The notes under the pieces were generated by a model. That model was not told the origin of the DNA and did no database searches. It saw only the letters and a list, made by a program, of their open reading frames with translations. A stretch of DNA of 64,000 bases, taken from an uncultured delta proteobacterium (GTDB taxonomy: Bacteria > Desulfobacterota > Binatia > Bin18). Shown piece after piece: positions 41,064-51,500 of the stretch (its first letter is position 1; each line of letters starts with the position of its first letter). Location of the stretch: NCBI GenBank assembly GCA_963733195.1, contig CAVTCR010000065.1, positions 64,001-128,000 of the forward strand, in the 5' to 3' direction. The translations under genes and the position numbers were made by a program.

Positions 41064-41663
41064 CTACTGCAGCTTGTCCAGTTCGCGTAAATACTCGGCA
41101 GTAGATGGGAGCCCACCAAGAGAACCGGTGGTGTGCACGTAGCGAATCAGACCGGCTTTATCAATGAGAAAGACCGCCTGTTGTTCCATATCTGTCAAAC
41201 CGTAACGTTTCATAGGAACCATAGGAAAAGCGGTCTTTTCACCACGGAACAAGCGATCACTCACCATCGCCACCATACCGCTAGCCATCTCAGCGGTACG
41301 CTCTCCGATTCCCACGCGCACGATACTCACTCCATAAAGAGGGTATACGGCTCGGTCGGCATCACACAAATAGGGGAACGAGAGCGGATATTGACGGAAG
41401 TATAATTGAGCCTCCGGCTGAGTGCTCCAGGTGACCTGTAGGATCTCGGTGTTTCGCTCCTGGAGTTCGCGATATCCAAAGCGCAGCTGTGTCATGTACC
41501 GCCGACAGAATGGGCAAAAGAGCCCCTTCGATAACCACAAGAGTACGTTGCGTTGTCCGCGGTAATCTTCTAGCGCGATGTCAGGTCCCTGAGCCGAAGC
41601 GAGACAGAAGTTAGGAGCTAACGTGCCAACAGAGAGGACACCAGTTGTCTCTTGTTGCTCCAT
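41064..41663 (-). CDS. peroxiredoxin-like AhpC/TSA family protein
   Basis: VGTLAPNFCL..LEDYRG..GLFCPFCRR..FPYLCD..AVFLIDKAGLIRY. Confidence 0.9.
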   Translation of the reverse strand: MEQQETTGVLSVGTLAPNFCLASAQGPDIALEDYRGQRNVLLWLSKGLFCPFCRRYMTQLRFGYRELQERNTEILQVTWSTQPEAQLYFRQYPLSFPYLCDADRAVYPLYGVSIVRVGIGERTAEMASGMVAMVSDRLFRGEKTAFPMVPMKRYGLTDMEQQAVFLIDKAGLIRYVHTTGSLGGLPSTAEYLRELDKLQ

Positions 41664-41693
41664 CTTTATCCTCCCCTTTTCCCAGCCGTTCTC

Positions 41694-44600
41694 TCAACAG
41701 AGGAACGGTAGCATGATCAACGTGTCCGGCGAATAGCCGGTTTTCTGACAAATCTCCTGACCCTTTGCCAGGTATTCCTCGGCTTTGACCGTGTCTCCTC
41801 GGGCAAGGGAGAGCGTAGCCAGCCCGTCGTAACATGGAAACAGTTGCTGTGGTTCACCAACCTCTTCGGCAATGGCGCATGCCTCCAAATAATAACGCTC
41901 ACTTTCGTCCAGGCGATCCTGGCATTGATAGATCTGCGCTAGCAAGATCAACGGAATCGGCAGATGGTTGCGTTGGCCAAGTTGCTGATCGAGCGCGATA
42001 GAAGCCTCGGCCGCTTCGATTCCTTGGGAGCAATCTCCTACCAGCGAACAGAAGCTGCTAGCCACGCTAGCGTGGAGCCAAGATTGTTGAGAAAGGTCTC
42101 CGATCTTCTTGGCCAACGCTAGACCTTCGTGACAGTAGGACAACGCCTGTTCCCGATCAATTGCCGCCAGCAGCATTCCTAAGTTCGTGTAGGCTCGGCA
42201 GGCGGCCGCGAGATAGTCGTGCTGCAAAGCAACCTGCAGGCTCTGTTCGACTTTGGCGATTCCTTCTTCCAATTCGCCCCGACGGGCGAGAGAGATCCCG
42301 AGCGTATTGAAGGCGTGGGAGAGGACCTCTGGCGCACTGAGTCGTTGTCCCGCCTCTAAAGCTTTTTGCGCCCACACGATCGCTTGTTGATCATCGCCGC
42401 TGCGGAAGTGAAGACGACCCATCTCGTGATATAAGAGTGCCGCCTCACTGTTTTCCGGCTGTTCAGCGAGGAGATCAAGGCCGTGCTGAAAATACGCAAT
42501 GGCCTTTTCTCGATTGCCCTGTCCCCACCAGTGCAGGCCGATCTTCCGATGCACAGCCGCTAAGCGTTCCTTCTGCCCTAATGTTTCATAACGTGCCAAG
42601 GCAGCCTGCCAGAATTCCAAAGCAGCCTCTGGCTCTCCCAAGGAGTCGTGAGTGTCGGCCAGCTTTTCCAGGACTTCTGCTTTGAGCTCGGGCTGGTCGT
42701 CCTGTTGCGCAAGCAGCTCCAGGGCGCGGCGATAACAACCGACAGCGTCCAGATTGGCATACATCCTGGCGGCGCTATCCCCAAAACGCAGGAGATACTG
42801 GAGAGCCCGCACTCGATCGTCACTCCGACTATAATGATGCGCGAGTTGAGGAAGATATTTATCGAGATGCTGGGCATAGAGACGTTCCATAGCCTCAGCG
42901 CTTTGCTTATGGAGGAGTGCGCGACGTTTTCGCAACAGGCTGTTATACGCCACTTCTTGAATCAGCGTATTGCGAAAACGATATTCAGTCGGCTGTCCAG
43001 CAGTTCCGGGGATTTCGCTCAGGAGATCAGCACGGAGTAACGTTTCCAAATGGGTTTGTAGTTCTTGGGGTCGAGTGGCGATCTGTCGGAGCAGTGCAAG
43101 CTCAAAGTTGGTCCCGATCACAGCGGCTTCTAGCAGAAGCTGCTTCGCTGCCGCTTCTAGACTATCTAAGCGGGAGAGAACAACCCCCTGAACTGTGGTG
43201 GGAACCTCCAGGTTTGTCAAATCTCCGGAGAAACGAGTCCCTTCAGCAGTCTTCTGGAGAATACCGGTGTCAATGAGTGAGTGGACCGCTTCTTCCAGAA
43301 AGAAGGGATTCCCAGCAGCGCGACGGGTCAGCAAATCTCGTAGGGTAGGTTGGAAAGGTGAGACCAACGGACCAATCAACGCTTCTAAGAGAGCTTCGCT
43401 GTCCTCCGCAGTCAACGGTTGGAGATGGATGTTCGTTGAGTCCACTTTGGCGCCATACATCACGCTTATCTGTGCCGTCGGCCTGGCTACGAGGAGCAAG
43501 AGCAGTGGACGGTCAGAAACTCGATCAACCAAGGAACGGAGCAGTTCCACAGAAGCGGCATCGGCCCATTGGAAGTCTTCTACAACCAGAACGACAGGGC
43601 GCTGTTCACACTGGCACTGGCAAATCTCTTTCATAGCCAAGAAGAGTTGGCGTTTGAGCTGTTCAGGATCAAGATGCTCAAAGTGCAGCTCTTTCGCCGC
43701 AAAACCGAGCAGGTTCTCCACTACCGGGATGATCGGTTCACTCGGAGCGCCTATTGCCTGTAGGATCGTTGCAATTTTGTCTCTGGCCTGTGTCGCGCTA
43801 TCTTCCGGCGTGAGGGCGAAGCATGTCCGAAAGAAGTCGATCAGAACGTGATAAGCTTCACTTCCCAAAGCTGAACACACGGTCTGATACACAGTGATCT
43901 GGTTCAGCAGACCGTCGGTGCTCAATTGGTGAAGGAACTCAGCCAAGAGCCGAGATTTCCCGATACCGGCTTCGCCAATGAGACTGACTACCTGAGTCCT
44001 TCCCTTACGGGCCCGTGCGAATAACTCCATGAGTTGCCGCAGTTCCTCATCACGTCCGATCAAGGGAGATCTCAGTAATTCAGCTTCCAGGATAGAAGCG
44101 CGCCCCACCCTGGGGCCGATCACCTCAAAGGCCTGAGTCGGCTGTGCCTTCCCTTTTAACGAAACCGCACCCAAGGGGCGACAGTCAAAGGATTTGCGGA
44201 TGAATCGATGCGTCTCCTCACTAATAGTCACCTGTCCCGGCGCTCCAATCTGCTGCATCCGAGCTGCCACATTGACCGCATCTCCAACGACCCCGTAGTC
44301 TTTTCCTTCGCCCACCGTGCCAGCAACCACCAAGCCGGTATTGATGCCGATGCGCATGGTGAGCGCTCCAGCAGTCGCACCACTTGTGCTGGTCCGTATC
44401 TGCTGCAACCGGACTTGCATGCCTAATGCCGCTCTCACTGCTCGCTCAGGATCATCTTCGTGGGCAACTGGTGCGCCGAAGACAGCCAAAATAGCATCAC
44501 CGATGAATTTCTCGATGAAGCCACCGTAGTGACGGATTTCCTCGGCTAGCGTTTGGAAGCAGCCCATCATCAGGCTTCTGAGTTCCTCTGGGTCGAGCTG

Positions 44601-44918
44601 TTCAGCCAGACTGGTGAAACCCACGACGTCAGCAAACAATACTGTGACTGGCCGCCGTTCCGCCTCGACAACTATCGGGTGCGTACCTGCGACAGAAGCT
44701 ATCTCTGTCTGTTGAACTGTAGGATGATGAACAGGAGCCGAGCGTTCGGGTGTCGTCGCACTTCTTGGCGAAATCCCCGTGCCGCACTTGGGGCAATAAA
44801 GAAACTCCAAAGGACAAACGTAGCCACACTGTGGACAGTCCCGGCTCAGCTTATTGCCGCACTTGGGGCAGAACTGAAAGTCCGCTGCAACTTCGAATTG
44901 GCAAGTAGGACAAGACAT
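41694..44918 (-). CDS. double zinc ribbon - class III adenylate/guanylate cyclase - AAA ATPase - TPR protein
   Basis: CPTC..CPKCG..CPQC..CPKCG, VTVLFADVVGFT..FIGDA..GDAVNVAARMQ, GEAGIGKS, EDFQWAD, TPR helices. Intact frame. Confidence 0.95.
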   Translation of the reverse strand: MSCPTCQFEVAADFQFCPKCGNKLSRDCPQCGYVCPLEFLYCPKCGTGISPRSATTPERSAPVHHPTVQQTEIASVAGTHPIVVEAERRPVTVLFADVVGFTSLAEQLDPEELRSLMMGCFQTLAEEIRHYGGFIEKFIGDAILAVFGAPVAHEDDPERAVRAALGMQVRLQQIRTSTSGATAGALTMRIGINTGLVVAGTVGEGKDYGVVGDAVNVAARMQQIGAPGQVTISEETHRFIRKSFDCRPLGAVSLKGKAQPTQAFEVIGPRVGRASILEAELLRSPLIGRDEELRQLMELFARARKGRTQVVSLIGEAGIGKSRLLAEFLHQLSTDGLLNQITVYQTVCSALGSEAYHVLIDFFRTCFALTPEDSATQARDKIATILQAIGAPSEPIIPVVENLLGFAAKELHFEHLDPEQLKRQLFLAMKEICQCQCEQRPVVLVVEDFQWADAASVELLRSLVDRVSDRPLLLLLVARPTAQISVMYGAKVDSTNIHLQPLTAEDSEALLEALIGPLVSPFQPTLRDLLTRRAAGNPFFLEEAVHSLIDTGILQKTAEGTRFSGDLTNLEVPTTVQGVVLSRLDSLEAAAKQLLLEAAVIGTNFELALLRQIATRPQELQTHLETLLRADLLSEIPGTAGQPTEYRFRNTLIQEVAYNSLLRKRRALLHKQSAEAMERLYAQHLDKYLPQLAHHYSRSDDRVRALQYLLRFGDSAARMYANLDAVGCYRRALELLAQQDDQPELKAEVLEKLADTHDSLGEPEAALEFWQAALARYETLGQKERLAAVHRKIGLHWWGQGNREKAIAYFQHGLDLLAEQPENSEAALLYHEMGRLHFRSGDDQQAIVWAQKALEAGQRLSAPEVLSHAFNTLGISLARRGELEEGIAKVEQSLQVALQHDYLAAACRAYTNLGMLLAAIDREQALSYCHEGLALAKKIGDLSQQSWLHASVASSFCSLVGDCSQGIEAAEASIALDQQLGQRNHLPIPLILLAQIYQCQDRLDESERYYLEACAIAEEVGEPQQLFPCYDGLATLSLARGDTVKAEEYLAKGQEICQKTGYSPDTLIMLPFLC

Positions 44919-45184
44919 TTTGTAAGCTCTTAGCTGCTCAGCTAGCAGCAACACGAAGAAAATTTCTCGATTTCCTCAGTTGTCTAGTTTGGCAATAGCA
45001 GGTCGAGGCTCATCTTTCCATGTCTTTGCTAAGAGCTGAGGGCTGAAAGTTGAATACAAAGCTGATATTACCTGAGTTCGGCTTCGTCGCTCCGATCTGG
45101 AAATACAACGGATTATTGACAGTGTGCTGCCGCTCGATGACTCGCAATGCGCGTCAGGAATGGGGTTGGGAGCCCACGTATACA

Positions 45185-45358
45185 CTAGTATTTCATCTCA
45201 TTGATTCGGATGGGTCTGATTTCGTCATGCCAGCGAAAGCTGGCATCCAGGAGCATACTGCACTGGCCTCTGGTTCTGCCTCCTGGATTCCGGGTCTCGC
45301 GCTGCTCGCCCGGAATGACGCCGCCTCACCCCTCAAATCCATTGGGATGGAATACTAG
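45185..45358. mobile_element. MITE-like element with CTAG-bounded terminal inverted repeats and a REP-like core
   Basis: Left end CTAGTATTTCATCTCATTGATT. Right end reverse complement CTAGTATTCCATCCCAATGGATT. Internal CGTCATGCC...GGAATGACG. Confidence 0.6.
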
Positions 45359-45437
45359 AGCGCATGGTGGAAGATTTTCTCGACAAACTACGGACGTATC
45401 CGCAGCCGCTGCCAAATGGTGATGTCTGAGCGTTGTC

Positions 45438-45510
45438 CAGATTGTCCCTTGTACACTACCGTGGTAATTGCCGTAGCCTTATGACGATTGCGCATTCAAA
45501 ACTCACCGCA
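45438..45510 (+). pseudogene. truncated copy of the AbrB antitoxin promoter and first 10 codons
   Basis: AGATTGTC..TACCGTGGTAATTGCC.TAGC.TTATGACGATTGC.CATTCAAAACTCACCGC matches 37638-37709. Confidence 0.85.
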
Positions 45511-45652
45511 CCTGAAAATATCGATATTTAATGAAAACTCTTGTTCTTGATACTCATTTATCAATGCCGCCGCCACACGCTATCCATCAAATCTCAATTG
45601 ACTGCCTCTAATCTTACAGTTCTTCAATCAGCACTTTCGCCTCCTGTAAACC

Positions 45653-46340
45653 TTATCCAAGACAGGACGACGACTTTTTCCGTGTGGCACGAATCTTATC
45701 CGCCGGGACAGCTGCGCTGACTAACCGATGAAACGGTTGCGCTTCGTGGGCTGTAGAGAGAACCAGAGATTGAAATCTATCCCATGGAAAATGTATCCCT
45801 GGATCAACGCGACGCTTGGGATCAAGTCTAGCGTGTGACACGATGTGACGCAGATTGGGATACTTGGCCCAACAGTAACGCACAATCTGTGCTGTGATCA
45901 TGATTTGCCAGTCAGAAAACGCGTCAGTGCCTGCTTGGATATTCACAAGCTCGATGCCAAGCGACCAATGATTCACGCGATCTTTTCCGCCATTTACAGC
46001 GGGGTGTGATTTATCGTTGCGCACATGCCAGGCGGCGAGTGCTTCTGGTGCACAGGCCCAGACGAGTTGCCCGTGTTGAGGCTCGTCTTCATCTGGCACT
46101 AACCAATGGAAACTGGCCGTGCCAGCCTTCATGACCGAGACCGCTCCGGCCGAGTTCCCTCCGGCTGTGGCGTGGATAACAATCGCACGAATGCCATTAA
46201 TCGGATGGACCGAACGTTTCGTGGTACAGACTGACCAGAAATCGCGAATACCAGGGTACCAGGTTTCTGGGAGGTTCACGTCCGTTGGTCGGCCAGTGGT
46301 GGGAAGATCGAATTGATAGGTTTTCGGGATCGTTTGGCAT
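45653..46340 (-). CDS. N-acetylmuramoyl-L-alanine amidase (Amidase_2), 5' frameshift
   Basis: IVIHATAG..SFHWLV..AWHV..NHWSLGIELVN..IVSHARL..RRVDPG..FPW. No signal peptide. Confidence 0.92.
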
Positions 46341-46474
46341 AGCGGTTGTCCTTTCCGATGGTGTCATTCTGCTTGTGGTTGGTGTGCCCAACGGGGACGG
46401 TTGCCGAATGCTCTCTTAAATGCCTGTGGAGGTCGTAATGTAAAAGGCTGACAGGTTATCCTATTTCCCGCAGC

Positions 46475-46684
46475 TTATTCCTTCTTTGTCGATTGCCTGA
46501 CCTTCTGGCCATGTGGCCGTAGCCCTGCCCAACGAAGTAGCTCTGCCCCTACCAATGAACGATGTTCGCTGTGGCCTATCGGCGGAATGGGAGTGCCGAA
46601 GCGAAGCCAAGTATTGAGGGCTTCGTAGTTGACGAATACCGCTCCCCGCTTAACTGGGTCTCTTGTTTCTTCTCTGTCTCTCAT
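46475..46684 (-). CDS. small hypothetical protein
   Basis: 69 aa. GAGGT/AAGGGGG RBS, directly downstream of the shared motif. Confidence 0.35.
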   Translation of the reverse strand: MRDREETRDPVKRGAVFVNYEALNTWLRFGTPIPPIGHSEHRSLVGAELLRWAGLRPHGQKVRQSTKKE

Positions 46685-46707
46685 GAATTCCCCCTTACCT
46701 CATTCTA

Positions 46708-46748
46708 CGTAAAAAAGGTCAGAACAGATTGTTCATTTGGGATGAACA
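46708..46748 (-). promoter_or_regulatory. shared operator/promoter motif, copy 2
   Basis: Minus strand TGTTCA-N7-TGAACA-N3-TGTTCT-N8-TTACG, followed by TAGAAT. Confidence 0.6.
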
Positions 46749-46922
46749 AATGTCAGGTCTTCCGGTGTAGTTGCCGGGTGAAGCAGAGGGAGAAGGTGTC
46801 GTGCCCTTGCTCTTTACCCTCATCAGTGACTACCCGAGGATCCGTATGGCAAAGATGTCGAGTGCCCGCGTGGTACTCAGTGCCCCCTATGTTCATTCGC
46901 ACTGAACGCATGACGACCGCAG

Positions 46923-47975
46923 CTAAAAAATGCGATAAATGTCGGTTGCCTCGGTAAAGTTTTTTAAGTGCTGGCGTCCGACTTTTTCGACCTGATAGCG
47001 ATTCTCGAGTCGCTGCACGGTCTCCGGACCGACCAAAATCTGATTGGTTGTTGCCGTTCCCGCGAGCCGGGCAGCCAGGTTTGTTACTGGGCCGCTCGCA
47101 GTGAAAGTCCAACGCGTACTGTGGAGCCCTTCGAAGCGTACAGAGCCGACCAAGGCGACGCCGGAGTTGATTCCCATGTGAATGGACAATGGCGGTTCAC
47201 CGCTCGTCTGGTTCAAGACTGCGGTGGTCGCGAGCAGTGCAATCGCGGTCTCTACTGCCTTCTGTGAATGCAGACGGTGATCTGCAGCCTGGAAGATTGC
47301 CATAAAGCCGTCGCCAGCCGTTTCATTGATGTCACCTCCGGCTTCTTGGATATCGTCCAGGAACGCCGAAAAATAACGTTCTACTAATCGGTTCAGGGTG
47401 TTCGGAGGCAACTGTTCACTCAGGTGCGTATAATCACTGATATCGACAAACAGGACCGATACGTCGTATTCGTGCAAGGCAAGATCTGGTACTTGTGGGT
47501 TGGCGATGACCAGACGTTTCACCATCTCTGGCACGAACTTAGCGAAGTGGTCTTTGATGCAGTGCAGCTCACCAACTTTGTTCTCCACCGCTCGCTTCCA
47601 TCTCACGGCTGTTTGAATCCTGGCTTGTAACTCTCGGGGGTTCACTGGTTTGGTGAGGAAATCATCGGCTCCAGCCTCGATTCCCTGGATGCGGTCTTCC
47701 GGTGCGCCTAGGGCAGTCATCATCACAACCGGGATAAGCTGGGTTTCCACCTGCTCCTTCAAGCGGCGGCAGACGGTAAACCCATCCATGCCGGGCATCA
47801 TGACGTCCAACAGAATCAGGTCAGGAGTTTCAGATGCGACCTTTGCTAACGCTTCTTCCCCGCTTTTTGCACTTACTGTTTGATATCCTAGATCTTCTAG
47901 CTCCTGTTCCAGATAGTCGACGTTCAAAGGCACGTCATCGACGATCAGGATTTTAGGCGGCAGATTCATGTTCAT
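46923..47975 (-). CDS. response-regulator receiver - class III adenylate/guanylate cyclase
   Basis: KILIVDD..LILLDVMMPGMDG..DFLTKP, VSVLFVDISDYT..TAGDGFM..GINSG..GPVTNLAARL. Confidence 0.95.
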   Translation of the reverse strand: MNMNLPPKILIVDDVPLNVDYLEQELEDLGYQTVSAKSGEEALAKVASETPDLILLDVMMPGMDGFTVCRRLKEQVETQLIPVVMMTALGAPEDRIQGIEAGADDFLTKPVNPRELQARIQTAVRWKRAVENKVGELHCIKDHFAKFVPEMVKRLVIANPQVPDLALHEYDVSVLFVDISDYTHLSEQLPPNTLNRLVERYFSAFLDDIQEAGGDINETAGDGFMAIFQAADHRLHSQKAVETAIALLATTAVLNQTSGEPPLSIHMGINSGVALVGSVRFEGLHSTRWTFTASGPVTNLAARLAGTATTNQILVGPETVQRLENRYQVEKVGRQHLKNFTEATDIYRIF

Positions 47976-47985
47976 ATAAATCAGG

Positions 47986-48024
47986 CGTAAAAAGAGAGAG
48001 AACAAAATGTTCATGGAGTGAACA
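47986..48024 (-). promoter_or_regulatory. shared operator/promoter motif, copy 3
   Basis: Minus strand TGTTCA-N5-TGAACA-N3-TGTTCT-N8-TTACG. Confidence 0.55.
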
Positions 48025-48039
48025 ACGGAGGGAAGCACT

Positions 48040-48160
48040 CAGCCGTCAGCTTTCAGCTTTTACTGGAGTCTTGAGGTCCGCCTCTTTTGGCTGACCACTG
48101 ACTGCTGATCACTGAGTACTTCTTCTGCTGGCTGGCTGCTGAGAGCTAATAGCTGAATGC
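48040..48160. repeat. heptamer tandem/inverted repeats
   Basis: TCAGCCG TCAGCTT TCAGCTT ... GCTGACC ACTGACT GCTGATC ACTGA, then GCTGGCT GCTGAGA GCTAATA GCTGAAT. Confidence 0.7.
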
Positions 48161-48181
48161 TTGCTTGGAGGGCAGAAGAAT

Positions 48182-48556
48182 CTAGGGACCGGGGCGTACC
48201 CCAAGATACTGGGCCAGTTTCTGAAACAACAGTTCTTCATCGAGTGGTTTACTGAGGTAGTCATCACAACCAGCCTGTCGGGCTTTTTCCTCATCCCCGC
48301 GCATGGCGTGGGAAGACAGAGCAATAATCGGAATACGCTGGAGCGTGGCATTGGCTTTGATACGGCGAGTGGCTTCCCATCCATCGATCCCAGGTAATGA
48401 GAGATCCATGATAATCAGATCCGGCTGTTCACGTTCGGTTGTCGCGATTCCAGTTGCACCATCAGGGGCGGTGAGAACTTTGTAGGTGTCCTCTAGAAGT
48501 TGAACGAGCAGGTCACGGTTGAAGTCGATGTCTTCGACAATCAGGATGCGTTTCAT
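48182..48556 (-). CDS. single-domain response regulator (DivK/CheY-like), copy 2
   Basis: KRILIVED..PDLIIMDLSLPGIDG..IIALSSHAM..GCDDYLSKP. ATGA overlap with the upstream kinase. Confidence 0.95.
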   Translation of the reverse strand: MKRILIVEDIDFNRDLLVQLLEDTYKVLTAPDGATGIATTEREQPDLIIMDLSLPGIDGWEATRRIKANATLQRIPIIALSSHAMRGDEEKARQAGCDDYLSKPLDEELLFQKLAQYLGVRPGP

Positions 48557-51500
48557 GTGTTTCCACTTTCTGCTGATAGCGATTGTTGCTTGTGATAGAC
48601 GACTGGAACGGTAACCGTAAACGTTGAACCCTTGCCAAGATCACTCTCGACTGCAATTGATCCGCCTAACAACTCGGCCCACCGTTTAGCAATTGGCAAT
48701 CCCAGCCCCGTGCCTTGGCGTCCCTGCGCCTCCTGGGGTAACTGTTTGAACTCTTCGAAGATATCCTCAAGGGCCTCAGCGGCGATGCCCACCCCGGTGT
48801 CAGCAACAGCAATCACGAGTCGTGCTTCGCCTCGCGCCCACTCTACTTGGCGCGCACGAACCACCACTTCGCCAGCTTCGGTAAACTTAATCGCGTTGCT
48901 CAAGAGATTGAGCACGATCTGTCGCAGTCCGTCTTCGTCTGTATACGCTTGCCTGACCTCGTCGGAAACCTCATGCCGCAGTTGTACCCCCGGTTTGACT
49001 AGGGGAACCACGGTATCACAGCACGTCTGAATAAATCGCTCGATAGCGAAATCGATCGGACGCACCTCCATCCGCCCCGCTTCGATCTTCGAGAGATCAA
49101 GAAGATCGTTGATAAGATTGAGCAGGTGGTCGGCGCTCTCTTTGACTTTGACCAGATTGTCCCGCTGACGCTCTGGGAGTACATCTCCGGTCCGCCGCAA
49201 GACGAGGCGAGTGAAACCAATAATGGCATTCATCGGCGTGCGTAGCTGGTGCGACATCCCAGCCAGGAACTGTGATTTCCGTCGGGTCACTTCCATGACC
49301 TGCTGATTGGCCATCTCCAGTTCCCAGTTCTTCTCCTCTAACGCCCGTGTCCGTTCTTCGACCTTCTGTTCCAGGGTCTTACTGTAATCTGCTAACTGCG
49401 TGTTAGTCTCTTCGAGACTTCCGTACAGACGGGCATTCTCGATCGCAATCGCTGCCTCAGCACCTAACAGGTGCAAAACCTCCAACCGATCAGGGGTAAA
49501 AGCTCCCGTGGTCAGATTGTTCTCCAGATACAGAAGGCCGGTGAGTTTGCCCTGTGCAACAAGGGGCGTGCATAAGATAGATTTTGGTTGTACTGCACTA
49601 ATGTACGGATCAGTTGCGAATCTTGCTTCCTTTGTTGCATCAGTCAAGACAACCTGCTCCTTCATTCTTTCGACGTAGCGGAGAATGGCAAGCGGCAAGT
49701 CATTCTGCGTTTCCACTGGAACAGATTGCAGGGTTTGTACTTCGCTGCGTTCAATCGCCTTTTCGGCTTCGATGACCAAATGTCCATCTTTTTCGAGGAT
49801 AAGAACGCCTCTTTGCGCCCCCGCATTTTCAATCATGAGGGCCATCAATTTAGTGAGGAGTTTATCCAGGTGAATCTCGCTCGAAATAGCCTGCGAGGCG
49901 TGAAGGATACTGGTGAAGTCGAAAGCGTTTGACAGCCGTTGCTCAGTACTGGCAGTAAACATGCCCCCTCCAGATTGAGAAAAACTAGGGCTAGTGTGAG
50001 CAAGAAGTTGAGGATAGCGGGTTTCTAAGTCTTTAACCTTTGCTAACGCACCCCAGCGCACATAGGCATAGTGAGCATCTCGCAGATAGTGTTGCGCAAG
50101 TCGGACTGGCCTCTGGCCAGATAAAATTTGCCGCCAGTTCATTGGCTAAGGCTTCTTCGTTGACATATTCATGTCTTGCGCCAGATCGATGGCTTGGTCG
50201 TAGTATTCTCTGGCATCGCGATCATTCCCCAACACCCGCGCACGTTCCGCTTCCACCAGATAGAATTTATGCAGATAAGTTCATCGGGGCGTGCTGCGCC
50301 CAGAGCTTCATCTTTTCCTGGTTGGCCGCAACCTTTTCAAGGATGCTTTTCTGTTCAGACTCCTGGTGTCGGGAAATATGGCCAGCCTGGCCAGGGAATC
50401 GTACAAGTGAAAGGCGGGAACAGCCGCGGTTCCGACTAAACTATCCAAATACTTTTCTGCTACGGCCGCATGTTCAATGGCTTGGGCGTATTCTTGAAAC
50501 AGATGACAGAGGACGAGTTTGGTAGATATATGTGGCAAATGGTATTCTCATCGTTAGCTTTAAGTCGAAGAGGTAGATGTAGTCTCCTCGTCGTAGCTTT
50601 CACCGATTAATTGGCATGGATTTTTAGCTCGCCCCAGCAAATTTAGGAAAACTTGCCTATATAATTCATTGAGATTCAGAGCATGACCTTGCTTGAGTTG
50701 GCGTATAGCATCATTGTATTTTGTCATCTCCTGTTCTAGCCCGGTCAGTCCATGCCCATCCAAAATGCCTGAAAACCGTAGCCTTGCAAGTTGAAGGCGG
50801 CAAAAATCAGATCGCCGGTTTCCAGCCCTATTTGATATCCTTCCAGAAAAGGTGGAAGCGTTTCTTTAATATGTTCCTTCCAGTGCCGGATGAAGGCATT
50901 CACCATGTAGGTGACACTCGATTTGAGCCCCCGTGCGTTGAGCCGTTCTACCAGGTTCAATGCTAAGGTGCCGAACTGATAGCCAGCATCGATATCTCCT
51001 ACTGCTCCACAGAGAATAATCCCATACGTGGCATATGCTTGGGCCGAAAGAGGTATATTGCCACGTTGCGCCGACAAATTAACCATACGAAACACAATGA
51101 GGGGAAAGAGCTTAGGGAACGCTACATACGAAGGATGCAGCGTAGCTGAGAGAATGCGCATTTTGGCTATTGCATACGGATCCGTCATGGCTGGCAGATG
51201 AAGAAGCTCTTCGACGCACTTGCCGGCCAGAACTTGCCTTGTCTCTTCGAGACCGCGCAAAATATCTGCCTGGCTCGGCTCCTCAGGGAGCCGCTCCCCT
51301 AATAGCTCCAGAACCTGGAGGCCTGTCTTCAATCCTTCCAAAGATTGCTCTGGGCGGAAGAGGCATGGAGCATCACTTCATAGGCTCTGACTCTATCTAA
51401 CGGAGCTTTCGCCCATCGCAGCACGAGTGCGGTCAAGTGCTCCATCTGCTGAAAGTCGCCGCTGAGATAGGCGGCTTCTGCGGCCTCGACATGAAGCGTT

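Noticed and set aside
49240-49262. SHQLRTP H-box (Gln instead of Glu) as evidence of dead histidine kinases
   Set aside because: His-Gln H-boxes occur in other HisKA proteins, and the N, G1, F and G2 boxes are intact.
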